Origin: the human T2T-CHM13v2.0 reference genome, Homo sapiens
Strand: one strand, 5' to 3'
Assembly (NCBI RefSeq): GCF_009914755.1
Contig: NC_060928.1
Length of the DNA stretch: 64,000 nucleotides
The notes under the pieces were generated by a model that did not search any database, was not told the origin of the DNA, and saw nothing but the letters and a program-made list of their open reading frames with translations. Position 1 is the first letter of the stretch. Every line of letters begins with the position of its first letter. Below are positions 1 through 18,310 of this stretch, in pieces. The translations under genes were made by a program, and so were the position numbers.

Positions 1-686
1 TTACAGCCTCTCGCTCAAAATCATACCCATCTTTTCCCTGGATCTGTTTTCTCAAGTCTCCAATCGCCTGCCTTCTTTGTGTCTTGTATTACCCTCACAT
101 CCCCCAGCTTTCTACTGCTCTCCCAGGACCAACCATTTCTTCCGCGGGAGTCACATTACATCAGCATTCCTAATGCAGTATCTGTTATCTACCAGATTCT
201 GTTTTATTCTAGGTAGTCACTTAAAAACGAACCTCGGTACTGGTCTGACTTAACATGGAGGAGGAATTGTCTAAGGTTAAACGCAAACTGCTGAGAGATT
301 TGGGGCGGGGGGCACACATTTACATTCATTCGTATTAAATATATACCTGTTGAATTTGTGCTTTTTCTCAAATGCTTCAGAGACTCGAGCTTTAGAGTAA
401 TTGGGATGGTGAAAGGATGGGTTTCCAGAAACTTCGCCCAAAATTAAAGACTCCATCAAAAGGACTGCTCCATACACTCAAGGAACACCCACCAACAAAT
501 CCCGTCTCCACAACCACCAGATTATCTCACCGGCGAGTGAGACTGCAAGGTTTGGGGGCCCGGCCGTACCACTCCGCGCTGCGCACGGGGGGTTCGTACC
601 CATCTGGCCGCGACCGTCCGTTTCCCCCTCGCTTGGTTCTGCCCCTGCTCCCCCTGCACAGGCCTCACAGTGCGTCTGGCCGGCGC

Positions 687-693
687 TTTATAG
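687..693 (+). promoter_or_regulatory. UCHL1: TATA-like box (TTTATAG) of UCHL1
   Basis: Sole AT-rich element in GC-rich context, ~78 nt upstream of ATG; implies a TSS near 716-722. Confidence 0.7.
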
Positions 694-764
694 CTGCAGC
701 CTGGGCGGCTCCGCTAGCTGTTTTTCGTCTTCCCTAGGCTATTTCTGCCGGGCGCTCCGCGAAG

Positions 765-797
765 ATGCAGCTCAAGCCGATGGAGATCAACCCCGAG
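765..797 (+). CDS. UCHL1: UCHL1 coding exon 1 (MQLKPMEINPE)
   Basis: ATG at 765; donor GAG|gtgagc. Confidence 0.97.
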
Positions 798-862
798 GTG
801 AGCGCCAGGTGCACCGCTACCCGGAGAGCGCGAGGCCGAGGGAGGGGGAGCCGAGTCGCTGA

Positions 863-1582
<720 letters not shown>

Positions 1583-3509
1583 TGAGTCCTCGGGGGCTCC
1601 CCGCCCCGCCCCCTCCCCTGTAGGTGATGCGGGGCGCGCCTACAAGGAAGGGAGGAGCCTGCATTTTCGTGGTACCTACTCCCTGGGCTCCTGTTCCAGC
1701 GGTGCCTGTCGCCTTCTTGCCCATCCGTCCACAATTGCCTTAAATTTGGAAGAGAGGCAGTATCTCAGTTCCATCTATCCCGTTATCCAGGGAAATCATT
1801 CATCCTACTCATGAGTTCCCTCGAACTTGGGCTTTTTCGAGCCTCCGGTTCCGGGGAATGGCTGCTGGTTTCCCTTTAAGGGCTATAACCTGTCAACTCA
1901 TTGTTTGCTTCTCAGACTCCCACCTAGCTGTAGAATGGAGGGGGAAGGGCTGACCTAAATCGCAGGGAAACAATTAGGTTCGCTAATTCTCCGCCTCCAT
2001 TACTTGGGTTTCTGATGGTCTTAAGGGGTTCTTCTCTCTTCTCCACTCCCACCACTTGCACACTTGGTTTTTAGCCTCTTGAATGTATTTCTTAAAGCTT
2101 AATCATTTTGTGTATGGTTTCTGTGTGGGAACCTCCTTCCTCTTCACTTATCCTTGTTCATCTCTGACCTTGTAGCTAACTGAAATAGGGGGTTATTAGC
2201 TCAGTTTTGAAAGCACCTTTGCATTTCCCTTGAAATGATTTTCCTCCTACAAGTGTGCATGGATAGATGTATCTGAAAGACAGCGTCAGATTTTTTTTTT
2301 TAAAGGATAGCTAGGATATTTGCAGTCTTGTGATGTATGGAATCCCAGTCATTAGCGCATGGCATTGTCTTATCTCCTATTGCTGTCACTTGACCGCTGA
2401 TGTGGGAGTGACTGAAATTAGCTTTAGCAAAACTTGGGGCATCACTCTAAAGAGTGAGGTTAACTGAAGCACCGTCCTAAGGCTAGGTGTTCTGGAAGCA
2501 TCTGTAGCCAAAATCAAGAGTATGGGAAGTTCCAAGCCTTCCTCCTAGTAAGTAAGCTAAGTATTGTGGGTAAAAACACTTATTTACAGCTAATAAGATG
2601 ATCTCACTGACATGTTTTTATTGCTAAAGTCTTTTACTTGGGCTAAAAGGAAGATGCCAAATTGTTGGAAGTCGAATTAGCTTCCTGGTTGACCAAATCA
2701 GTCTCCTGTCTCCAGTTGAGCATCACACAGAGGTTTTTTATTAGAGCAACCATGATGACTCGGAGGTTTTGAGCAGCATTCAGAGGCAAGGCCTCTGGGA
2801 GGCAGTGGTGCAGCATGTTTGCCTTTAAAAGCTGACTGTTCTCCTTTTGCTGAATCTTGTTTAGAGAACATTCTAGTTTGTGTTATGTTTGAAAGAGCTC
2901 GATACTTTGTCCTTTAGTTTCAATTCAACCTATCAGATTTATCGAGCGCCTATTCTGCTACACAGAATGCCTACTGGACAAAACACTGAAGCCGATTGAA
3001 AGAAAAGTTGAGGTTTTATAGGTTGACTCCAAAGATGCTAATGTTAATTTGGAAGGCATTTAATTTTTGACTAAGGGAATGTTATGACCCCCTACATGGA
3101 CCACTTCTGAAACATTAAGTGCTAGTAGACTATTTACAGAATGATTTCCATGGAAGAGCTCAAGCAGCCCTAAAGGATGGTGCTATCCCATTTTAACATT
3201 TCATCTAATTAGCCTAGAAAATGAAAAACACTTACTGGTCAATGAATACTAAGTTGAGGATCCAGTTAGATAGAAGCGAAAAAGTTCTGCTAGTTGGAGT
3301 TTAAGTTGATCTTCTGGGGTAAGAGATCTTACTCTTCTATTAGTACCAGAGAGCAAGCTTAAACTTCAGTTCATGTACAGAAATGCAAAGCTACTAGAAT
3401 TGGAAATAGGTTTCTGATGGTCTGTCTGGTTTTGCTCGTTATGGGAAATCAGTGTTTCTATAGTGTTAGTACCCTACTCTTTAACTGGGAAGTCCTAACT
3501 TATTTATTA

Positions 3510-3617
3510 TATTTTTATTTTTTAGAGACAAGGTCTCAAACTTCTGAGCTCAAGTGATCCTCCTGCCTCAGCCTCCCTAGTAGCTGGGATTATAGGTGCA
3601 AGCCACTGACCCTGGCT
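3510..3617 (-). mobile_element. Alu monomer / FLAM fragment
   Basis: Alu-like ctcaagtgatcctcctgcctcagcctccc. Confidence 0.8.
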
Positions 3618-4413
3618 CAAGAAATCATAACTTCTAAGGTCTTTAAAGCTAGTTAGTGAAAAGTCCAGATAGGCTTACTAAATTACTATACAGAAAGCTA
3701 GCAGATGCTTTGAGGAAATCCGTTTCCTAGTCCGATTCATTTACCAGTCTCTATCCTCCTCCTCAAATTGCCAGTCTGTCCTCAAAGTAAACTGTTTAGC
3801 TGGCAAGGACAAGCTAGTGTCACATCTTCCTCTTGTAAAATCACAGCCCAATACCCTGGATCAGTTGTCTTTTCCTTAAAAAGAGGGCGGAGGTAATGGT
3901 TAATTTCTTTCACTTGTTCTTTTCAGCAGTTAAGGCCGTTTTTGTTTTTGAAGCGAAGTGTACTTAAGCCGAGTAGAAGTAGAACTTTAAAGAATAATGA
4001 AATGTAAACCAGCTGGTGCTCTTGTTGGGCATTCAATTGACTGAAGCTTGATTTAGGATGCCTATGTGAAATAGTTGTTAAGTGTTAAAGGGAGAAAATA
4101 ATGAATTGGTTTCTTTGTTTTCTGACTTCGTGACACCATTTTGGGCTGAAAGGTTGCAGTGGTGTCTAGACACAGCCTTGGGCAGTATCCAAGGCAGTCA
4201 CTGCACTGCAGCACCAGGGTGGAGTCTCCGAACCTCTCAGAGCCCCACTGGCTGGCGTGGGTGGTGTGGGAGGCAGACAGACGGGCCCTTCTCTGGGAGT
4301 CAGCCAACATCTAGAACCAGGGGTTCTGGTCACACATCCCACTGGTGTTTCCATTTAGTTGGTAGAACTCATGTGCTGCCATCTGTTCTTTGCACTTTCA
4401 TTCTGAGATGTAA

Positions 4414-4599
<186 letters not shown>

Positions 4600-5501
4600 T
4601 GAGGCCAGCCATCCTAAGCTTGAACTTGAAACATGGAGTTCAGAAACAGCTGTTTTCCCGAGGTCAGAGATGCTGTACCTTTTGAAACCATTTTGTAATG
4701 ATGGTGTCAGACACTTAATCTGACTCACAGTCCTCCTCAGAAAGGATTCCTAGCACTTCCAAATTTTGAAATGGTCCCATTTCACAAATTTTAGAGCTGA
4801 AAGTTCATATTGAGGTCTTTTGAAATATACATTGTTATTGCTATAGGTTTGTAATTAGTGTCTCTTAAGCATTTTGTTAATGCTCAGTGTGGATAAGCCT
4901 ATGTCAGTGGTTAGCCAGTCAGATGTCTCTATGCTGGACTATTTTGTTTCTTTACATTTCTATTCAAGATCTTTATTTTTCTATCTGAATAACCGAATTA
5001 CTAAAGTTGAATTTTCTACCCCATAATCTTGGTTTGGGAAGCATTTTTATTAGAACATGATTATAGCGTCATGTATATAATAGATGTTAACTGTACATTC
5101 TTAGATGCTGTAGATACAGCAGGTAAACAAGGCAGCCCCGGCTTTTATGGTGCTAGAAATCTCAAATATGTTTTACAAATTAAGAATTGCTGTGAAAAAG
5201 TGACAGGAGATTTGAGAGATGAGTGAGGTGGGAGGGAAAAAGGGGTCCAGGGTAGAAGGGAACAGAGGCAAGAAAGAGCTTGGCATATTGGGAGAGCGGA
5301 GAGACCTCTCTGGCCTGAAAGCAGTGAATAGAGAGGGGTTAGAAAAAGAGGCTAGGGGAAAAGGTACAGCTCATCCACAACCCTGGAGGCAGTATTAAAG
5401 ATTCAGGTTGCTCAGCATGTTCAGCAAAGGCTTAAGTCAACAATAAATATGTACCCACTTGTATTATTTTACCTATACTAACACATCCATTTTTTTTTTA
5501 A

Positions 5502-5615
<114 letters not shown>

Positions 5616-5663
5616 TAAATAACTCTAGAGATTTTTGTGCTAATTATTTTCTTTTTTCCGCAG

Positions 5664-5711
5664 GCCATACAGGCAGCCCATGATGCCGTGGCACAGGAAG
5701 GCCAATGTCGG
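5664..5711 (+). CDS. UCHL1: UCHL1 exon 6 (AIQAAHDAVAQEGQCR)
   Basis: ccgcag|GCC ... CGG|gtaaat; 48 nt. Confidence 0.97.
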
Positions 5712-5967
5712 GTAAATGCAAATACAAATCGGAGCCAGGCTGCCTGGGTGCCATCTGTGTTTCTACTGAAATTGTGCAGGAATCTCTTACTGGAACACAG
5801 CAAATGTTATCCACCCAAGGCCAAATGACACCAGAAAGTTCTACCCAAATAATGCTTTGACTAGACCTGTTCATAAAAAAAGTTTTCTTCAGAAATTGTA
5901 TTGGTCATTGAAGTCTTGAGTAAATTCAAATTGACAGTATTTTGTTTAGATCCAAATGAGTCTTATA

Positions 5968-6234
<267 letters not shown>

Positions 6235-6349
6235 CAAATGAGTCTTATAGAGTGTACACCTCTCCTAGTAAGTGAGCATTTCAAATAATCTTCACAGGCT
6301 GTTGGGGAGAATGAAATGCCCAACGAAGGACAAGTTCTAGAAGGCTTGA

Positions 6350-6694
<345 letters not shown>

Positions 6695-7012
6695 CAGATC
6701 TCAGTGTCTTTATAACTACAACTGGCTGCCACTTTCTAGCATTGACCTTGGTTGAGATAGTTAGCCTCTCTAAGCCTCAATTTTCTCCTCAGTAAAAATC
6801 CTGTAGTAATAGCATCCTCATAGAGTTGTTCTGACAGTTAACAGTATATTTACCTTAGTGGGCTTAGAATAGGGCTTAATGTAAGACATACATTAAATAT
6901 TAGCTATAATTTCTAAAAATCAAGTCAGTTCAAGCACATTTCACTTGAATTGCAAGATAATTTTTAAAATACAGCTTACACTCATTTTCAAAAATTTCTT
7001 GACTTTCTTTAG

Positions 7013-7144
<132 letters not shown>

Positions 7145-7829
7145 TGATATATTGTGTGACTTTATGGCACTTGGCATATCATTGTTTATAAAGCCACAAT
7201 AACAAAGTATTCTCATGAGGGCACTTAACCCCTTATCATCCCCAGAGCAACTTCCTCAGGCAACTGACTAGCATCCCCTAGTATCATCCTTTCTGGGCAA
7301 AGAGTACGTCTGAAAAAGGATCAGTGCCTGAATATGACCTTACTTGTCTAAAAAGAATCTGAACATGTTGGAATAACTTCTATTAACTAGTTTATGGCAT
7401 CAAGAAAGACGACCCACCTTGTAAGATTCATTCCTTTTGTATTAATGGAGAAAGACTTGTAACTCTTGTCTCAAGCCAAGATACGACCTACAGGCTTACA
7501 AAGGCAAAGGAATAGTGAAGGCAATCTACAGTCATTGGAGGGCAGATAAAATCTCAGGCGTCTCCTCCTCTCGCCTCCATCTTCCCTATCCCCAGAGACT
7601 GCATCTGACTTTTGTTCTGTGGCCCTTTCCAAGGGTTGGGGCACAGGCCCCTCTATTAGGGTAGCTGACTTGAGCTTGTGCGATCTTGTCAATTGTAGAC
7701 TAGAATTGCCTGGGATGGATGCCTAGGGACACTTGAACCTCATTTGCAGCCTCTTGCTTCATAACCAGGCTTCCTTCTGTGGGTTTGGCAGTGGTTTTTG
7801 GAAGAATCTAAAACTTCCATCTAGGCTAG

Positions 7830-8012
<183 letters not shown>

Positions 8013-8726
8013 TAAAGTGCTAACACTCTTCCAGTATAGCCAGCATCAGTTGCCTGGGTTAATAGCAGTCTTTAGGGCTGCAAGATCCTCTTAGTAACTC
8101 TATCTACCTTATTTTATTGCAAGTGGTTTTAAACAGGGCTTCAGAGACACCCTGAGTAATCTGTTTCATGTGTTGTCTTTAGTCCACAGTTAGAATTAGC
8201 CTGAAAGCTGTTGCTTTGCTTCCTGGTGGGATTAAGGTGACCATTGTCCTCCCATCAGATTACATCATAGCTAAAGACTCACAAAACAGCAGCCTTTCAT
8301 AATCCCTCTAAGACAACGGGATTTGGGTCAGTCTTGGAGGTAGTGTACTATAGATTCTAGTTAGGTGGTTAAATTTAGGAGTTTTTCCTTCCCACATGGT
8401 CTACTGTTACAAGAACAAAATAAGCAGATTTAAAATCCACCTGACAAAAACTGTTAATATCCAGGATCACTTTGTAACCATCCTGGACAGAAAAGTGATT
8501 CTGGGCAAAGGTTGGTAGACGACCCTAGGCCTCTTCACTAAAAAATGAGCCTCTAGAGTTGAATCAATTTGCTATTATAAAGGAAAATTGCTTAATTATG
8601 ATACACAAAATACTGTTTTTAGCTTGCTGTGCTGAAGAAAAATATACAAACTGCTATTAAGATATAACTATACTTAATTTGAGTAGTAATAGTATAAAAT
8701 CTTTGCAGAACTTACTGTGTGCAGAC

Positions 8727-8922
8727 CAGGACTCAGCAAGCATTTTCTATAAAGAGCCAAACAAAATATTTTAGGCTTTGTATGGCATATGGCTCTGTTG
8801 CAAGTATTCAGTTCTGCTGTTACAACTCAGCAGCCCATAGACACTCTCTAAATGAATGTATGTAGCTGTTTTCCACCAGCACAGGCTGGGTTGGGCCCAC
8901 ATGCTGCAGTTTACTGACCCCT
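8727..8922. mobile_element. MER58-like hAT-Charlie MITE
   Basis: Resembles recalled MER58A consensus (aatattttaggctttg ... tgcagtttactgacccct). Confidence 0.6.
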
Positions 8923-9084
8923 CTTCTTAGGTGCTGTTCTAGGTGATCTACGTCTTTTATAGAAATCCTTTAATGACACAGTGAGGTAGGTATTATCCCC
9001 ATCTCAGAGCTGACAAAACTCAAGAGTTTAAGGCCTGAGGTCAAGGACTTACATGGCAAACTGTGATTCAAACCTAGATAGTCT

Positions 9085-9385
9085 GGCAAGGTGCAGTGGC
9101 TCATGCCTATAATCCCAGCACTTGGGAGGCTGACGCGGGAGGATTGCTTGAGCTCAGGAGTTCAAGACCAGCCTGGGCAAAATGGTGAAACCCCATCTCT
9201 ACTAAAAATATAAAAATTAGCCAGACCTGGTGGTGCATTCCTGTAGTCCCAGCTGCTTGGGAGGCTGAGGCACAAGAATCACTTGTTACCTGGGAGGTGG
9301 AGGTTGCAGTGAGCCGAGATTGCACCACTGTACTCCAGTCTGGGCAACAGAGCAAGACTCTGTCTCAGAAGAAAAAAAAGAAAAG
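9085..9385 (+). mobile_element. Alu, intron 8
   Basis: Full Alu dimer with A-rich tail. Confidence 0.92.
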
Positions 9386-9875
9386 TTAGTCCGCATCTAG
9401 AGTCTGTGTTCTTAGCCATTGTACAATACCAATATGACCTTTCTTTAGAAAAGACCTCTCTTTGGAACTTCACAGACCTGATAGCCCTAAGATGCTAGTG
9501 GACCACATTATGCCACTCTTAATAGGGAAGGTTGATTTCTCTCATCTGTCAGACACACCTGAGATCAGTTAAAGCTAATTCTTGGTATTCAAGAGGTATG
9601 TGGGAATAGTAATATGGAATGAAGAATAGACCTGGAGAGCCAGGATGGGATGGAAGGGTTTCATGAGAGTCAGAATTTACTTGGTGAGAATAAGAAAACA
9701 GGCAGAATTTCTGGTCTTTGATCCATTTGGAGGAAAGAGACCCTGGTCCTTCCTAGTAAAGCTTTTAAGGTACATGCTAACTCATCTAACACTGCACTAA
9801 TACCATAAAAATGTGTCCCACATAGGATACAAGTGTCACATGAGTAGAATTTATAAGGTGTGGGGAAGGTAAAAT

Positions 9876-10008
9876 TTTTGTATAGAGATGGGGCGGGGAG
9901 GGACTCACTATGTTGCCCAGGCTGGTCTTTAACTCTTGGGCTCAAGTGATCTTCCTGCCTCAGCTTCCCAGAGTGCTGGGATTATAGGCGTGAGCCACAG
10001 TACCTGGC
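9876..10008 (-). mobile_element. FLAM/Alu monomer, intron 8
   Basis: Reverse Alu left arm. Confidence 0.8.
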
Positions 10009-10419
10009 TAAAACTTTTTTTTTTTTTTTTTTTTTAACTTTTCTAATTAGAACCTTATTTAAAATTAAAAGAGTTTCTAAATTAAACCAGCATTTTAGTT
10101 AAAATTCTTACCCTAAGTAAGGCTGGTTCTATATGGTTAAGGATGTTTTAGGTTGTCTAAATGTCACACTAAATTATTAAACTGGTTAGAATATACATGC
10201 ACTTAACCCAAATATCTTAAGCTTGAATGAATTAGGTCCCTGCACGTTAGCTCTATAGAAGATGGTTATTCTCTTTAAAGGTACATCTTTAATAGTGAAA
10301 TCAATATTGTATGTCCTATAGTAAGGTCAATTCAGGGAAGACAGGTCTGGAATACTGATATATTAAAAAACTTGGTAGAGGATAAAATGTTGATGTCAAT
10401 CCAGATACTCTTTGGTTGC

Positions 10420-10690
10420 TTTTTTTGAGAAAGGGTCTCGCTGTGTCATTCAGGCTGGAGTGCAGTGGTGCAATCATGGCTTACTGTAGCCTTGAAGTCC
10501 TTGCTCAAGCAATCCTCCCACCTAAGTCTTCTGAGTAGCCAGGACTAGAAGCGCACACCACCATGCCCAGCTAATTTTTAAATTTTTAGTAGAGATTTTG
10601 CCCAGGCTGGTCTTGAACTCCTGAGCTCAAGTCATCCGCTGCCTCAGCTTCCCAAAGTGCTGAGATTGCAGGCCTGAGCTGTGTCTGGCC
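10420..10690 (-). mobile_element. AluJ-type, intron 8
   Basis: Reverse Alu dimer. Confidence 0.88.
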
Positions 10691-11019
10691 CAAACTCATT
10701 GAGTTGGTGATTTCTAAATTTTAGGAGTGATGTTTCATTACCATTCTGTATCATAGAGCATTCCTTTTCTCCTTCAGGGTCTTATACTATGGTTTACAGA
10801 GCTATCTTTCCACTGGGCTTTTTTACAGATTGAACAGAGTAATATTTTTGATCCCAAAACAATTATATCCTAGAAGTTGGTAAATAACACTGGGATCAGT
10901 TTCCTGTTACCAGTCTTTGTCATCTAGATCTTAGAAGTAGTAACGCATGTCACTTCACCATCAATCTCTAAGGTTCCATGCTTGTCTGTACCTAGAATAT
11001 CAGGTAAACGTTAAGGCTG

Positions 11020-11332
11020 TTTTTTTTTTGTTTGTTTGTTTGTTTTCTGAGACGGAGTCTCGCTCTGTCGCCCAGGCTGGAGTGTAGTGGCGCGATCTCG
11101 CCTCACTGCAAGCTCCGCCTCCTGGGTTCACGCCATTCTCCTGCCTTAGCCTCTCAGAGTAGCTGTGACTGCAGATGCCCGCCATCATGCCCGGCTAATT
11201 TTTTTTGTATTTTTAGTAGAGACGTGGTTTCACCATGTTGGCCAGGATGGTCTCTATCTCCCAGCCTCGTGATCCGCCTGCCTCAGCCTCCCAAAGTGCT
11301 GGGATTACAGGCGTGAGCCACTGCGCCCGGCC
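11020..11332 (-). mobile_element. AluY-type, intron 8
   Basis: AluY diagnostics (gcaagctccgcc, ttcacgccattctcc); TSD ACGTTAAGGCTGTTTTTT starting at 11008 and 11333. Confidence 0.92.
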
Positions 11333-11686
11333 ACGTTAAGGCTGTTTTTTAAAATGTTTATTTGAAAGACAATTTTCTTTATTCCAGGAATTTCTGAGTT
11401 ACAACTTTTCACTTATGCCACCTTATGGAAGAAAGATCAATTTCCAATCTTTAGATTTGAGGAAAATAACGTTCATAGTTGTGTTTTTGTTGTTGGGTTT
11501 TTTTGTTTTTGTTTTTTTTAACTTTTCCAAAACCAGGTACAAAGTGAGAGAAGCACAAAACCATTTGGTGGAAGTGATAAGTCAAATCCATGATGTAACC
11601 TTGTCTTTCCCATCACCTGATTTTTTGCTTTAAGCCCTGGTTTTCAAATTAATGATGGAATTAAAGTTGATGAGGGTGAACTTTGA

Positions 11687-11860
<174 letters not shown>

Positions 11861-12190
11861 TGCTCTGTGGGAGGGACTTTGCTGATTTCCCCTCTTCCCT
11901 TCAACATGAAAATATATACCCCCCCATGCAGTCTAAAATGCTTCAGTACTTGTGAAACACAGCTGTTCTTCTGTTCTGCAGACACGCCTTCCCCTCAGCC
12001 ACACCCAGGCACTTAAGCACAAGCAGAGTGCACAGCTGTCCACTGGGCCATTGTGGTGTGAGCTTCAGATGGTGAAGCATTCTCCCCAGTGTATGTCTTG
12101 TATCCGATATCTAACGCTTTAAATGGCTACTTTGGTTTCTGTCTGTAAGTTAAGACCTTGGATGTGGTTTAATTGTTTGTCCTCAAAAGG

Positions 12191-12196
12191 AATAAA
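12191..12196 (+). terminator. UCHL1: UCHL1 polyadenylation signal AATAAA
   Basis: Canonical hexamer ~330 nt after the stop codon, followed by a U-rich downstream tract at ~12230-12245. Confidence 0.85.
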
Positions 12197-12531
12197 ACTT
12201 TTCTGCTGATAAGATAGCCACAGCTGATTCTCATTTTCTTTTACCCTCTCCTCAATATGTCAGGTTATTTTGGTAGTAATATATGAATGTCTTCCACATA
12301 AGTAACTCATACAGTGCTGCCAAGAATTACCATAAAAGCATTGGTTTGATGTGTCTTTGGATTTTTTTTTGCATTTGTATTCCCTATGTATACCTGTAGA
12401 AACTAATTTTTAAAGATTTTTAAATAGGCAAATTTTGTAGCACAATTTTAGACTTATAAAAATATTGAAGACAAAAAGAAAATACTGGACATTGTAGAAG
12501 TCCCATAAACCCACCACCCAGTTTCCTCTAT

Positions 12532-13039
12532 TGTATTAAGCGGGGTTTTCTAGAGGACAGAACTAATAGGATATATGTATGTATAAAGGGGAGTTTATTA
12601 AGGAGTGTTGACCCACACGATCACAAGGTAAAGTCCCATGGTAGGCCCTCTGCAAGCTGAGGAGCAAGGAAGCCAGTCCGAGTCTCAAAACCTCAAAAGT
12701 AGGAAAACCAATAGTGCAGCCTTCACTCTATAGTCAAAGGTCCAAGAGTCCCAAAGCTGAAAAACTTGGGAGTCTGATATTCCAGGGGAGGACACATCCA
12801 GCACAGGAGAAAGGTGGAGGTGGGAGACTGGGCCAGTCTAGTCTTCCCATGTTCTTTTGCCTGCTTTCATTTTGGCTGCACTGGCCGCTGATTAGATTGT
12901 GCCCACGCAGATTGAGGGTGGGTCTGCCTTTCCCAGTCCACTGACTCAAGTGTTAATCTCCTTTAGCAACACCCTCACAGACACCCAGGAAAAGTACAAT
13001 ACCTTCAATCCAAGTTGATGCTCAATATTAACCATCACA
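12532..13039 (-). mobile_element. MLT2A-type (HERV-L) solo LTR
   Basis: Reverse complement begins TGTGATGGTTAATATTGAG and ends ...TAATACA, as in MLT2A. Confidence 0.8.
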
Positions 13040-13770
13040 GTTATTGACATATCGATACACTGCTATTAAGTCCATAGCTTGTTTAGATTTCCTGGCTGTT
13101 TTCCCTAATGTCCTTTGTTTTAGGATCCCATCCGGGATCCCACATGACTGTTAGTTGCCATGTCTCACCAGGCTCCTTTGGGCTTTGTCAGTTTCTCAGA
13201 CTTCTCTTCTCCTTGGATGACCTTGACAAATTGGAGGAGTACCATCAAGTATTTTGTAAGGTGCCCTCTATTGGGATTTGTCTAATGTTAGACTAGGGTT
13301 ATGGGTTTTGGGGAGGAAGACCACAGAGGCAAAGCGTTGTTTTCATCATATGCTACAAAGGGTACATAAGCATAATTTATCACTGATTCTCACCTCTTAC
13401 CTGGCTGAGGTCGTGTTTGAAAGACTTCACCATAAACTCACCCCCACTGCCTTTTCCATGCTGTACTCCTAGGAAGTCACCATGCAAAGCCCACACTTAA
13501 GGAGTGGAGGTGTATGTTCTATCTCCTTGAGGGCCAAGTATCTATATGAATTATTTGGAATTCTTTTGGGAGAGTTGTCTTTTTTCTCCTATGTAACCAT
13601 TTTTATCAGTATGAACTCATATCATATACTGTGGATTTATGTTATAATCCAGTACTACCTGTTGCCCACATTGTTCTGCTTTAGTTGTTGGGAGCTCTTT
13701 CAGTTGGCTCCTATGTTGCTTTGACATACCCCAATCAGTGTAGCATGTTTTGTTTTTCTTAGCAATTCCT
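13040..13770 (-). mobile_element. Ancient L1M (L1MC/MD-like) 3' fragment
   Basis: Degenerate L1M 3'UTR-like sequence. Confidence 0.55.
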
Positions 13771-14429
13771 TACTGTCTAGAAATTAGTTTTTTTTTTTAA
13801 AAAAGCAAAAGTCTTTGGCATTTGTTGTTAAGCTTTACTTTATAGATCAATGTGCCCTTGTTTTATAGATAAGGATACACTATTATGTAATGTATAGGTT
13901 TTCATTAAATATTAAAGGAGGACGTCTGTTCTCAACAATGGACGTTGAATGTAACAGTTCACTTCCAGTTACACAAAATGAGGGAAGCAGGGAAGAAACC
14001 CAATGCTTCCTGCCTATACTGTGATCCTCACAAAAGGGCTCTGTCCTGTCTGGTGCCAGGAATCCAGATAACTTGGGTCTCAACTGCCTTATTCACAGTT
14101 CTCTAAGCCCTGATTATGGTGGTAATATTCCTGATTCCAACTTTTTTTTTTTGGGGGGGGGCATAATTTACAGAAAATTTATTCATGTATTCAAATTATC
14201 TGCAATTTCTTTTTTTTAAAAATTATTATACTTTAAGTTTTAGGGTACATGTGCACAACATGCAGGTTTGTTACATATGTATACATGTGCCATGTTGGTG
14301 TGCTGCACCCATTAACTTGTCATTTAGCATTAGCTATATCTCCTAATGCTATCCCTCCCCCCTCCCCCAACCCCACAACAGTCCCCGGTGTGTGATGTTC
14401 CCCTTCCTGTGTCCATGTGTTCTCATTGT

Positions 14430-18247
<3,818 letters not shown>

Positions 18248-18310
18248 TATGATGTTAGCTGGTTATTTTGCTTGTTAGTTGATGCAGTTTCTTCCTAGCC
18301 TTGATGGTCT

